This document shows, one piece after another, positions 28,301 through 35,938 of a stretch of DNA of 64,000 bases. The stretch's first letter is position 1, and each line of letters opens with the position of its first letter. This stretch comes from an uncultured Lachnospiraceae bacterium (GTDB taxonomy: Bacteria > Bacillota > Clostridia > Lachnospirales > Lachnospiraceae). The position numbers were made by a program, and so were the translations under genes. The DNA lies in assembly GCA_947631505.1 (NCBI GenBank), contig CANRLR010000011.1, positions 12,063 through 76,062 on the forward strand, written 5' to 3'. The notes under the pieces were generated by a model. It ran no database searches. It had not been told where the DNA came from and saw only the letters and a program-made list of their open reading frames with translations.

Positions 28301-29560
28301 GGCACTTCCATGGGCTTTCTTATCTGCACTGGAACTGTCTGTCTTGTTGACTTTTACACTTACCTTTTTAAAGTTATTTACGACATTGACCGTATAGGGT
28401 TTCCGTACAGCGTCCCCGGCACTGTCCGAATCCGCCGTCCATGTATTGGCACGTTTTAACGTAATATCCACCCCTTTGGCATACACCGGAGATACAACAA
28501 TGTTGGCATTGCCCGTGGAAATCTCTCTCACAGTGTGTTTGTTGGCAATGTCCTGATACTGGGAATCTAAATCTTTTTCCATCAGGGTGACTGCTTCATC
28601 ATGAGTCAAATTTTTACCATAACGGTAATCCTGTTCATCCCAATCCTCTTTTGTAGCTTTAATCTCGGCTGAGGACATGCTTTCAGCCTGCATGAGATAA
28701 TAATAAGTATGGGTCTGAATCCGGTATTTCAGCTTAAAAGCAACTTTACCTTCGGAATCAGTCATTCCATTGATGGTCGGGGAATCAAACTCCTTTTCTG
28801 CCTCACCATTAACAGAGTAGTAATACAGGGTATCAATATCCTCTGCTGTCAGCTGGAACTGAACACCTGGTAACGGATTTCCCGCCTCATCTTTTTTTAC
28901 AATGTCAATTTCCTGATAAAGATAAAAACCCTGATTCATAGAAGATGGCTTCGGCTTCTCTGGACCTGATTTCATGACAAGAAGTTCCTGCCGGTGGGTT
29001 CCGGAACCGGCCGGTTTCCATAAGGTTACTTCTGCTGATACCGTATTAGATGGTTCAAAGATATCCGAATACAGTTCCGCCGCACTTCTACTATCATAGT
29101 ATCCAGTGTTGCTTCTTACCTTGCTTATAACTGCTTTCAGTTTTGCTTCCGAGGTTTCCCCCTCCTGTACTGCCCACACAAGAGCTTGTGCGTACACAAA
29201 CGCTTTGTTACTCTGTTTCTTTACTTCATCATACCAGTAGCCGATACAGGCTAGGAGGCCCTTTTTCCCACTGTCGGTCGAGTAATAGGTATCGGAGCTG
29301 GAGGTATAGGAATCCCCACTGTGGCACGTATAGCCTAAGTTCATACAAAAAGCATCTTTACCGTTAATATGCATCTGCCACCAGCTGCCGGATTTGGTCT
29401 TGCTGCCAATTGACACGCTGCCTTTGTTTCCTAAGTTATCCAGTGTTACACTACTGGAAGCTGCTTCCACGGTTACCGGACTGCCCATTCGTGGGACCAT
29501 GCCAATGACCAGTGCCAGCATTAAAAGAACAGCTACAATTTGTTTCTTTGTTAATTTCAT
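25379..29560 (-). CDS. Large sortase-anchored adhesin (thioester domain + SpaA/Cna-B repeats)
   Basis: Signal peptide MKLTKKQIVAVLL (likely start 29560); AFCMNLG and HRQELL (TED Cys/Gln); repeated YYLKEVKAPSGY/ETRPADGY units; VPQTGG + TM + basic tail. Confidence 0.88.
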   Translation of the reverse strand: MKLTKKQIVAVLLMLALVIGMVPRMGSPVTVEAASSSVTLDNLGNKGSVSIGSKTKSGSWWQMHINGKDAFCMNLGYTCHSGDSYTSSSDTYYSTDSGKKGLLACIGYWYDEVKKQSNKAFVYAQALVWAVQEGETSEAKLKAVISKVRSNTGYYDSRSAAELYSDIFEPSNTVSAEVTLWKPAGSGTHRQELLVMKSGPEKPKPSSMNQGFYLYQEIDIVKKDEAGNPLPGVQFQLTAEDIDTLYYYSVNGEAEKEFDSPTINGMTDSEGKVAFKLKYRIQTHTYYYLMQAESMSSAEIKATKEDWDEQDYRYGKNLTHDEAVTLMEKDLDSQYQDIANKHTVREISTGNANIVVSPVYAKGVDITLKRANTWTADSDSAGDAVRKPYTVNVVNNFKKVSVKVNKTDSSSADKKAHGSATLEGAQFKLYADSACTKAATVYNADGTTKMAGTYTIKNGTFTTDYLKAGSTYYLKEVKAPSGYCLNTKVTTITVNGSDYAANEYILNGKTLEIANEPVKMSLDIHKFYSEGKTGVLEPEKGAVFQVYLKEKGSYSACSDYDRDTVTTDENGSAESKELYKGVYTVHQVSTGDADTEKVADFDIEVGKNGETDNHKKLTYYLNNNIFKAYLWIVKKDGHTKKTVLKPGTTYQIYRVADGKENLVTQSYSNGSKMETADRFASDESGQIMTYQALKSGTYKIYEINTATGYHISTPSITVEIGSKKDNYTTETDSDGTTYSVVELEYTNYETAGELSILKKGEQLTGFSDADGQFTYEETYLNGVTFEIYAAEDIATQDNQKTNWFEKGELVGTVVTGEGASFESECNGITGFTMDKNGTVTVNLPLGKYTVKEKQTLYGYLLPEKEWSVEFTWSNKDETVVLNATDTTDSRGVLTVLNERAKAKLNLKKTDSDSGEAVPNVTFGVYSKDDIFNAAGEKIVSAGDKLGTMCTDEKGEAESDLDLPLMSEGYPEAVSAAAVTASGAAVTGSAVTLNSGDYYIREESVSESYYLDNTEIPLHLEYKDEKTAFIEKTVERTNQQTSVEIDKTSVTGSEEIPGCQLQITDAAGEKIVSWISGDKDSIKFTNKDLETCNLKYSMTDSNHLVIGGLKHDTEYTLTETRPADGYVTADSISFRLQESTTEKGKTLVALKNEDGTFVLSNSNVVKMVDETTKIDVSKTDIAGSEEIPGCELEIKEKDSGKVIEKWTSTKEKHRIEQKLVAGKTYILTETRPADGYVTADNVEFTVKDTGEVQGVHMVDEMTKIRLIKLAGDTGQGLSDAKFEVYDSQGKKVMSFTSKGEGTDITGKLAVGETYTFKEVEAPKGYKLAKAVKYTVKDTGKVQKISITDERLPAPKVPQTGGVTPTLLAAFIFAAVAGTLTLVIQSRKRVKINDK

Positions 29561-29591
29561 TTTCTTTTCCTTTCCATGTACAAAGACTTCC

Positions 29592-29696
29592 TTACCGGAA
29601 ATCTCTGCATAACAAAGGGATATGTCCCTTGAACATATCCCTGACAACAGTTACCCTGATAAAGTTTTCCTTTGGCGGTGACCGCACTTTTTTCAT
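29592..29696 (-). CDS. Possible 34-aa leader ORF ahead of the adhesin
   Basis: ATG 29696 with AAGGAAG upstream; MKKVRSPPKENFIRVTVVRDMFKGHIPLLCRDFR. Confidence 0.3.
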   Translation of the reverse strand: MKKVRSPPKENFIRVTVVRDMFKGHIPLLCRDFR

Positions 29697-29727
29697 CTTT
29701 CATCACTTCCTTTTCTAATTTGGGTAC

Positions 29728-29760
29728 AAAAAAAGTCCTCCGGCAACTGCCGAAAGACTT
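29728..29760 (-). terminator. Intrinsic terminator in the leader of the conjugation operon
   Basis: AAGTCTTTCGGCA-GT-TGCCGGAGGACTT followed by a T-run on the minus strand. Confidence 0.8.
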
Positions 29761-29768
29761 CTACATTT

Positions 29769-29830
29769 CTTTACAATTATAGTTTACTACACTGTTCTAT
29801 GACTTGCAACGACATTTCAGGTACACTTTT
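29769..29830 (-). repeat. 62-bp duplicated promoter-like element, copy 1
   Basis: Matches 30989-31050: a 23-bp block containing minus-strand TATAAT, 9 variable bp, then a 30-bp block with 1 mismatch. Confidence 0.85.
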
Positions 29831-30898
29831 TTAATTAGTCAAAGTAATATAATTCACTCCCTCACTCATGGCTTTTGCAGTAAATGTTACCGAATTTGCC
29901 TTTTCATAACCGGTGGGAGCTTTCGTTTCATAAATTTTGTACGTATGCCCCGGAATCAACCCTTTTAGTATAGTACGCTCTCCTTTCTTTGGAATATCAT
30001 AACACCAAGAGGACTGTTCCCTGTCTGCCATATCATAAATTATAAAACTGGAACCCGTTAAAAACTTACCTGTTATTCTATCCTGACGCTTTACAACAAC
30101 TTTTGCTGATGTTGTTTTGTAACTTTTCCAGTTATCCATTTCCTTTGCCGAAAGCGATGAAAACATGGCAATACCAACGCTTTTATATATTACAATAGCA
30201 CCACTCTGCCAATTTTCATCTATCATGTTTCTATAATGCCCTGCACTTTCTTTCCAATCATTAACCGCCTCTGTTGCTTTCGTCGCATGATCTAAATTTT
30301 CTGAAATATCATTAATTTCCAATTTATCATAGAAATCTCCAAAATAATCAGAATAGTCTCCAAACATATATGCGTGTTTATCAAAACCATGTGTCTTCAA
30401 ACGATATAGACCTACCTCATATAACTCATCCGACCACTGAAGTGGTTCAACTCCAGCATTTTTGCGATACTTGTTCTGCAGAGCGAACGCTTTCTTTGCT
30501 TTCTTTTTTGCACTGGCACTTTTTGCAATATCCAAATATGTAGTAACTGTCACTTTGTACTTATATGTTTTGTACTTCTTTTTTGTCCGGTAGACTTTAA
30601 CCGTTATTGTTGTCTTGCCTTTTTTCTTTCTAGTTATTTGGATATATTGCCCCATCTGTTTATCTTTTTTCAGTTTTGCCGTGGCAATCCCCTTTTTACT
30701 GTATTTTACCTTTATTTTTTTGATTTTATAACGGAAGAAAAAGCAACGGTTGTTCGTTCCAGATTCCTTGTCTTTAATCAATGTTACTTTTTTGGTTATC
30801 ACTTTAGCTTTTTTTGCCAGTGCTTCTTTGGGTGCCGGTACTGCCACCAGTGCCATAGCCAGCACGAATACAAACATTCTATTTATCTTCTTTTTCAT
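29831..30898 (-). CDS. Secreted CAP (SCP-like) domain protein with C-terminal SpaA-like domain
   Basis: Signal peptide; FALQNKYRKNAGVEPLQW, ENL, WKESAGHYRNM; YKIYETKAPTGY. Confidence 0.8.
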   Translation of the reverse strand: MKKKINRMFVFVLAMALVAVPAPKEALAKKAKVITKKVTLIKDKESGTNNRCFFFRYKIKKIKVKYSKKGIATAKLKKDKQMGQYIQITRKKKGKTTITVKVYRTKKKYKTYKYKVTVTTYLDIAKSASAKKKAKKAFALQNKYRKNAGVEPLQWSDELYEVGLYRLKTHGFDKHAYMFGDYSDYFGDFYDKLEINDISENLDHATKATEAVNDWKESAGHYRNMIDENWQSGAIVIYKSVGIAMFSSLSAKEMDNWKSYKTTSAKVVVKRQDRITGKFLTGSSFIIYDMADREQSSWCYDIPKKGERTILKGLIPGHTYKIYETKAPTGYEKANSVTFTAKAMSEGVNYITLTN

Positions 30899-30988
30899 AT
30901 AACATCAGCCTCCTTTGGGGACAAGGAAGAACTGAACTGATCCGGTTCTTCCGACAAGCAATTGTAAAAGTTGGATGAATTTCCATTC

Positions 30989-31050
30989 CTTTACAATTAT
31001 AGTTTACTACATTTAGGAACGACTTGCAACGACATTTCAGGTACGCTTTT
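30989..31050 (-). repeat. 62-bp duplicated promoter-like element, copy 2
   Basis: CTTTACAATTATAGTTTACTACA-N9-GACTTGCAACGACATTTCAGGTACRCTTTT. Confidence 0.85.
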
Positions 31051-31064
31051 AAGACTTATCTATT

Positions 31065-31445
31065 TTAAAACATCATTTCCATAGCCTCCATAACATCTTT
31101 ATCAATGTTATCTTCCTCCGATTTTCCTTCTACTGTTTCATCCGGCTTTTGTTCCGGATTCCGCACCTTTTTTCCCACTTCTCTTTGTGGCTGCTCTGTA
31201 GACACTGGTAACGTCATCGAACCAAGAGTTTCCTGAATCGTTTCCATAATCACATTTCGTAGGTCTTCTGCCGTCTGCAAATCCAGGCGGTTGCCCTTTT
31301 TAAAAAATAAAACCGCTTGCTTTATGTACCAGCTCATATTTCCCTTTCTTGCCAGTATTTCATAAACCTCTTTATCTACTTTGTTATCAAGGTTTAACAC
31401 AAGTTGTATGCGTTTTGTTCTCTCGTTATCCTTTGCCATTGCCAT
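31065..31445 (-). CDS. ParR-like DNA-binding adaptor (RHH-like N-terminus, acidic tail)
   Basis: KRIQLVLNLDNKVDKEVYEIL...SWYIKQAV; C-terminal DVMEAMEMMF; same operon as parM. Confidence 0.6.
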   Translation of the reverse strand: MAMAKDNERTKRIQLVLNLDNKVDKEVYEILARKGNMSWYIKQAVLFFKKGNRLDLQTAEDLRNVIMETIQETLGSMTLPVSTEQPQREVGKKVRNPEQKPDETVEGKSEEDNIDKDVMEAMEMMF

Positions 31446-31448
31446 TTT

Positions 31449-32696
31449 CTATTCCTCCTTTTTTCCATACATATCGTGCTGAACTTGATTTTGTATATCC
31501 AGTTCCTGCTGCTCTTTTGCCAAATACAAAACCGTTAAAAGATATGCCCGGTGATTCCGGATCTTTGTTGTCTGCTCATCATATTTTTCAAGAGCATATA
31601 GAATATCACCACAATTTAACTTTAACAACCTGCCTTTTACTACCGAAGCTGGTTTATCCTCACCGGAAATCCGGATAGTCCTTTTGGTCGAATTCAGTGT
31701 ATCATATAGGATATTCATTACTAAATTTATCCGTTTCCTGTCCGAACTGGTCATTTTTATCAAATCCTCGTAATCATACCAACTGTTCACAAAAGAAAGC
31801 GGATAGGTTTCTTTGCTATTTTCCGGAAGTTTCTTCAAAAGTTCCTGTTTCAATTTACGTTTTTGCTGGAAAAAGCAGATTTCAGCTGCAGATGACTCAC
31901 CATTCTTTTTTTTCTCTTCTTCCCAAACAGCTGTCTTCTGCAGAAAGGTATTTACGAAAGTCTCCGTCCCATCTATCCCATCCACAGGGCAGACTTCGCC
32001 CTGTGCCTTCCAATCATTTTGGGATTGGATAGATAGATTAGAATTATTATAATTTTTTGTATTCTTAGAAGTATTCTCTGTATATGGGTACAATTTTGTT
32101 ACCACCCTATTAACATTTTTGTCACTAGGGGGTGTCATATGCTCCGTTTCTGTTATTTCCCTAGTATCATTTTTGTTACTAGGGGGTAACGAAGTTCTGT
32201 TTTCCTGCTCTGCTGGTTCTTTTTCCTTTTTCAGCACAAGACAATCTTTTTTGTCTTCAACTCCTGTTCCATAGGTCAATGTAACAAGTACATCCGGAAT
32301 CAGTTCGATATACATTACATTATTTACCGTTGTCCCGTCTGTATAAGTAATAGTTCTATAGTATCTTTTAATTACACCAATATCCTCCAGCCGATTCAGA
32401 GCGTCTCGGAGAACTCTCTTACTCTCTCCAAACTCCTGACTTAATTTCTTATAGGACATAAAGAGTAAATCATCACGGAATTTCTTTTCCATTGTAATTT
32501 CATGCGTATCTTCATCTACCTCTTCCTTTGCCCGGTACCAGTAAACAAACTCTGCTAATAGGTCTCTTGCCAGTGGATACGGTTTTCCATTTTCCTTTGT
32601 AATTGTCTTTCGCCATGTCCGAGGAGTAATGTTCCCACTAAAATTTATTTTGGAAACTTCATCCACGATCTTATTGCCAGTCGATAACTGTCCCAT
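31449..32696 (-). CDS. Replication initiator (phage-type wHTH N-terminus, DUF6017-like C-terminus)
   Basis: NFSGNITPRTWRKTITKENGKPY...EFVYWYR; TIRISGEDKPASVVKGRLLKLN...KIRNHRAYLLTVLY. Confidence 0.75.
   Translation of the reverse strand: MGQLSTGNKIVDEVSKINFSGNITPRTWRKTITKENGKPYPLARDLLAEFVYWYRAKEEVDEDTHEITMEKKFRDDLLFMSYKKLSQEFGESKRVLRDALNRLEDIGVIKRYYRTITYTDGTTVNNVMYIELIPDVLVTLTYGTGVEDKKDCLVLKKEKEPAEQENRTSLPPSNKNDTREITETEHMTPPSDKNVNRVVTKLYPYTENTSKNTKNYNNSNLSIQSQNDWKAQGEVCPVDGIDGTETFVNTFLQKTAVWEEEKKKNGESSAAEICFFQQKRKLKQELLKKLPENSKETYPLSFVNSWYDYEDLIKMTSSDRKRINLVMNILYDTLNSTKRTIRISGEDKPASVVKGRLLKLNCGDILYALEKYDEQTTKIRNHRAYLLTVLYLAKEQQELDIQNQVQHDMYGKKEE
32114..32187 (+). repeat. Iteron-like 20-bp direct repeats inside rep
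   Basis: CATTTTTGTYACTAGGGGGT at 32114-32133 and 32168-32187, a partial copy at ~32091, and an AT-rich tract at ~32035-32080. Confidence 0.65.
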
Positions 32697-32707
32697 TTTT
32701 CACGCTC

Positions 32708-33616
32708 CTATTTTTTCAATCTGTTATAAGTTAAAACTTCATAACCGTTCGCATTGCAGAAAATATCATCAATAATTGTCATTTGCTTTTGTCTGCTATA
32801 GTAATTTTTTACTACTGTAGCACCGCCACCACACAGAATCAGGTTTCCGCTGTCAATTTTAGCATTTAGCAACTTCATTACCTCTTGTACATGGTGCTTT
32901 ATCATATCCTTAATAAATTGGACTTTCTTTTCCTCTATGGACACCTTTTCCTTTTGAAAAATACACTGGATATCCTCTTCATCAACAGCTTCCTGATATT
33001 TAGTTAAATAATATTTGGTTATACTGTCAATCCAGTCCAGTGTTCCTTTCTTGTCTATGGAAAAGCATAAATCATAGAACGGTTTTCCTCTCCGGTAAGT
33101 GATAACATCGATTGTCCGGGAACCGATATCTGCCACCGATAAGGTCTTACCCTTGTATTTTCCCATCTCCGTGGCCATTACTGGAAGCCCCTGCGGATAT
33201 ACATATACGTCTTTCAGTTCAATTTGGTACTTTATTCCCTCAAAACAAAAGGTCAGGTTCTTCTTCTTTAACAGGTAGTCATGGAAATTCTCCTTTTGTG
33301 CCGAAAAGAACGAATAAGGCAATCCCACCGAAAGCACTACATTCTTTGCACTCTTTATTTGGTTATGCTTCAGTTCCTTTGCCATTGCTGCCAATGTCAG
33401 ATTGTAGTAATCCTCGGTCAATGTCTTATCGGCAAGTTGCTCGGAACGAATCTGCCCCACAACATAAGTCCGGTGGTTCAACTCCAAAATGTCTTCATCA
33501 AAAGGGGGACGTATCGGAACTTCTTCAATACCGCTTTTTATAATACTGTTAGCACTTTTTATGTAGCCATAACCATGGTCAATGCCAATTATCGTATATT
33601 CTCCTAATTTCTTCAT
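32708..33616 (-). CDS. parM: ParM/StbA actin-like partition ATPase
   Basis: IIGIDHGYGYIKS, VYVYPQG, VADIGSRTIDV, LCGGGA. Confidence 0.9.
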   Translation of the reverse strand: MKKLGEYTIIGIDHGYGYIKSANSIIKSGIEEVPIRPPFDEDILELNHRTYVVGQIRSEQLADKTLTEDYYNLTLAAMAKELKHNQIKSAKNVVLSVGLPYSFFSAQKENFHDYLLKKKNLTFCFEGIKYQIELKDVYVYPQGLPVMATEMGKYKGKTLSVADIGSRTIDVITYRRGKPFYDLCFSIDKKGTLDWIDSITKYYLTKYQEAVDEEDIQCIFQKEKVSIEEKKVQFIKDMIKHHVQEVMKLLNAKIDSGNLILCGGGATVVKNYYSRQKQMTIIDDIFCNANGYEVLTYNRLKK

Positions 33617-34269
33617 AACTTTATATCCTTTCCATCCAGTATTAGTTCCATTTGCCCGCTTAAAACTGGATTATCTTTTAGTTTCTCCCGCTTTTTTGGT
33701 TCCTTTGCCACGACATCAACAGTTGACTGCAAAGCAAGCTGGTAATTGGTCAAATCCGAGTTGTATCGGTTTAACATATCTAACAATGCCTGTTTCCGGA
33801 TTCCCAATACCTTACGATGGGAAAGGTCAAGGTCATATTCGATACACTCCCACTTTTCCTTTTTTACATACAAACGGTTCAATATCTCTTTACTGGTAGA
33901 ATCAAGGGTATCATAAACCAATTCCAACCGATGATAATGCTCGGATTTTTCAAGCAGAAGCTGGTATTTTATAGACAATTCTTCCCTATGTTCTTGTATC
34001 ATTTTTTGCGTTACCGATAATAAATCACCGAGGTCTTTCTTTTTCCCGGAGCCGGAACCACTGGTATCGTCATAATGAATACCAACTTGTATTGTCGTTA
34101 TAATATCTCTCACGACAGCACTGTTTTGGTTATTTAATTCTAAGATATCTCTTCGTACTTCCAACATTTGTTCATACAGCTCTTTGGTACAAGCTGGATG
34201 GCTTATATAATATATAACATTTTCAAGACTGGTATAATACCGGACTTCCTTAGTCGCAATACCTTCCAT
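33613..34269 (-). CDS. Putative transcriptional activator (ArpU/RinA or sigma-70 region 4-like C-terminal HTH)
   Basis: YDTLDSTSKEILNRLYVKKEKWECIEYDLDLSHRKVLGIRKQAL. Confidence 0.6.
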   Translation of the reverse strand: MEGIATKEVRYYTSLENVIYYISHPACTKELYEQMLEVRRDILELNNQNSAVVRDIITTIQVGIHYDDTSGSGSGKKKDLGDLLSVTQKMIQEHREELSIKYQLLLEKSEHYHRLELVYDTLDSTSKEILNRLYVKKEKWECIEYDLDLSHRKVLGIRKQALLDMLNRYNSDLTNYQLALQSTVDVVAKEPKKREKLKDNPVLSGQMELILDGKDIKL

Positions 34270-34289
34270 GTTAAAACCTCACTTTTTAT

Positions 34290-34745
34290 TTACATAAACG
34301 GCAAATTATTTTCTAATCCGTCCGGAATCGTGCTAAAATCTTCTTCCCTACCCCTATTATCATTTTCGTTATCAGGGGGTAATGAATTTCCGGAATTCTT
34401 TTCTGCCACCGATTTTCTTTCCGCAAATTCAATTTTTTCTATAATTACTTGTACTCCATAAACTTTTTCCCCATTTTTATTAGTATAATTATTGTTTTGG
34501 ACTCTTCCAACCAGTGACAGCCGGGAACCTTTTCTAAAGTATTTTTCCACCACCTCCGCCTGTTTCCGAAAAGCCACACAGTGGAAGAAATCTGCGTCCG
34601 GCTCTCCCTCTCTTGCATAGGGACGATTAACCGCCATATCAAAATATGCAATTGCATAAGAAGTATCTCCCTGTGTATACCGGATTTCCGGCGTACGTGT
34701 TATATTTCCCAATAAAATAATCATGTTCATGTTGTTATCCTCCAA
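34290..34745 (-). CDS. ssb: Single-stranded DNA-binding protein
   Basis: MNMIILLGNITRTPEIRYT, DFFHCVAF, KGSRLSLVGRVQ, acidic tail ending LPFM. Confidence 0.93.
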   Translation of the reverse strand: MEDNNMNMIILLGNITRTPEIRYTQGDTSYAIAYFDMAVNRPYAREGEPDADFFHCVAFRKQAEVVEKYFRKGSRLSLVGRVQNNNYTNKNGEKVYGVQVIIEKIEFAERKSVAEKNSGNSLPPDNENDNRGREEDFSTIPDGLENNLPFM

Positions 34746-35250
34746 TCTTTCTTGTTATTTCAATCCCAAAAGTTTTTGTGTCAATGAAAATTGTTTGTCT
34801 TTCATCCTCATAACGGATTTTACACTCATTGCCATTTTCTATTTTTTTCAGAAATCCGTATCTTTCATAAACAAGGATAGACGAAAGTTTTACATAGTAA
34901 CCTAGGCTTTCTAATAGCTTTTTCATTGCTTTCACTTCATTTGGCTCATAAGTTGTCCGTTCCGTTACTAATCGGTAATCTGTAACGTAATCAATTATCT
35001 CTTCATCTTCCATGATAAAATATTCCGTTAAATAATATCCGTTATCATCTTGCCGGATTACATTTGTCCGTTCCAGTAGGTCAGCTTCCAAATCGATTCT
35101 TTGCTCTTCAAAATCTAATACCATAAAATTCTCTGCTGGTTTAATTAGGTAATTTACTTTTAGCTTTGTTCCTTCAATCGAACATTTTTCATCAATGCCA
35201 TAAAAATATTTCAATGGGACAAAAATCTCAGCAGCTTTTACATAGTACAT
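34735..35250 (-). CDS. Acidic hypothetical protein
   Basis: 171-aa ORF with an RBS, overlapping ssb. Confidence 0.7.
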   Translation of the reverse strand: MYYVKAAEIFVPLKYFYGIDEKCSIEGTKLKVNYLIKPAENFMVLDFEEQRIDLEADLLERTNVIRQDDNGYYLTEYFIMEDEEIIDYVTDYRLVTERTTYEPNEVKAMKKLLESLGYYVKLSSILVYERYGFLKKIENGNECKIRYEDERQTIFIDTKTFGIEITRKIGG

Positions 35251-35268
35251 TATCTTTCTCCTTTCAGA

Positions 35269-35466
35269 CTAAACTAATAATTGTGCTTTAATGGCTTTGT
35301 ATTCTTCCCTTGACATTCCGCTACGTGAAAACTCAATTGCGATTGTATTTTTATGACGATTAAGAATACAAGCAATTCCCTCTGATTTACAACCATCTTG
35401 TATCATGTGTTCCATAATTACTCGATCCTTATAGGTAATCTGTTTGGATTTGCTAGGTGTAGCCAT
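35269..35466 (-). CDS. Stand-alone IS30-type helix-turn-helix protein (65 aa)
   Basis: KQITYKDRVIMEHMIQDG...IACILNRHKNTIAIEFSR; 15/41 identical to the transposase N-terminal HTH by hand alignment; RBS GGGGGTG. Confidence 0.8.
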   Translation of the reverse strand: MATPSKSKQITYKDRVIMEHMIQDGCKSEGIACILNRHKNTIAIEFSRSGMSREEYKAIKAQLLV

Positions 35467-35615
35467 GGATATCACCCCCTTTTCTTTTCCCTCCAAGTCT
35501 TGCCCCTTCGCCCAAAAGACGAAAGGGTATCACAAAACTCTTTTGGAGGAAAATGCTATAAAAATATATAAAACTCCCCTATAAAATATATAGAGGTTAG
35601 TTTTTACATAATTTT

Positions 35616-35786
35616 TTATTCCTCGTATATTGTGTTTGAATAGACAGAAACACTATCTGCATCAGGTATTTTATTTGTATATTTGTTTACAGGAAACTTC
35701 ACTAACCGCCTTGTAACAGTCTTTCTTCCGTCCAGTATCACCCGGACCATGTCCGTGTTAAATAATATTGGTAATACTCTACTCAT
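35616..35786 (-). pseudogene. 56-aa fragment of a phage-type protein (PILFNTEMVRAILDGRKTxTRR-like motif, ASCH-like)
   Basis: Hand translation MSRVLPILFNTDMVRVILDGRKTVTRRLVK...; RBS AAAGGAG; shorter than the family members I recall. Confidence 0.55.
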
Positions 35787-35828
35787 TTATTTCACGCTCC
35801 TTTATCATCTTTCTATCCAATAAAAAAA

Positions 35829-35923
35829 GAAGTTACGAAAAGTCTTAATAACTCTTCATAACTTCTAATTCTTTTCCTTATTATCTAAGAAGTTGTAAAG
35901 TGCTATTTGCTTTTCACAACTTC
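35829..35923. repeat. Two related subterminal palindromes at the right end
   Basis: GAAGTTACGAAAAG-N9-CTCTTCATAACTTC (35829-35865) and GAAGTTGTAAAG-N9-CTTTTCACAACTTC (35889-35923). Confidence 0.7.
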
Positions 35924-35938
35924 ATTATAAAACTTACC

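Noticed and set aside
29561-29647. N-terminal extension of the adhesin in the ORF track
   Set aside because: The signal peptide and purine-rich RBS start at ATG 29560.
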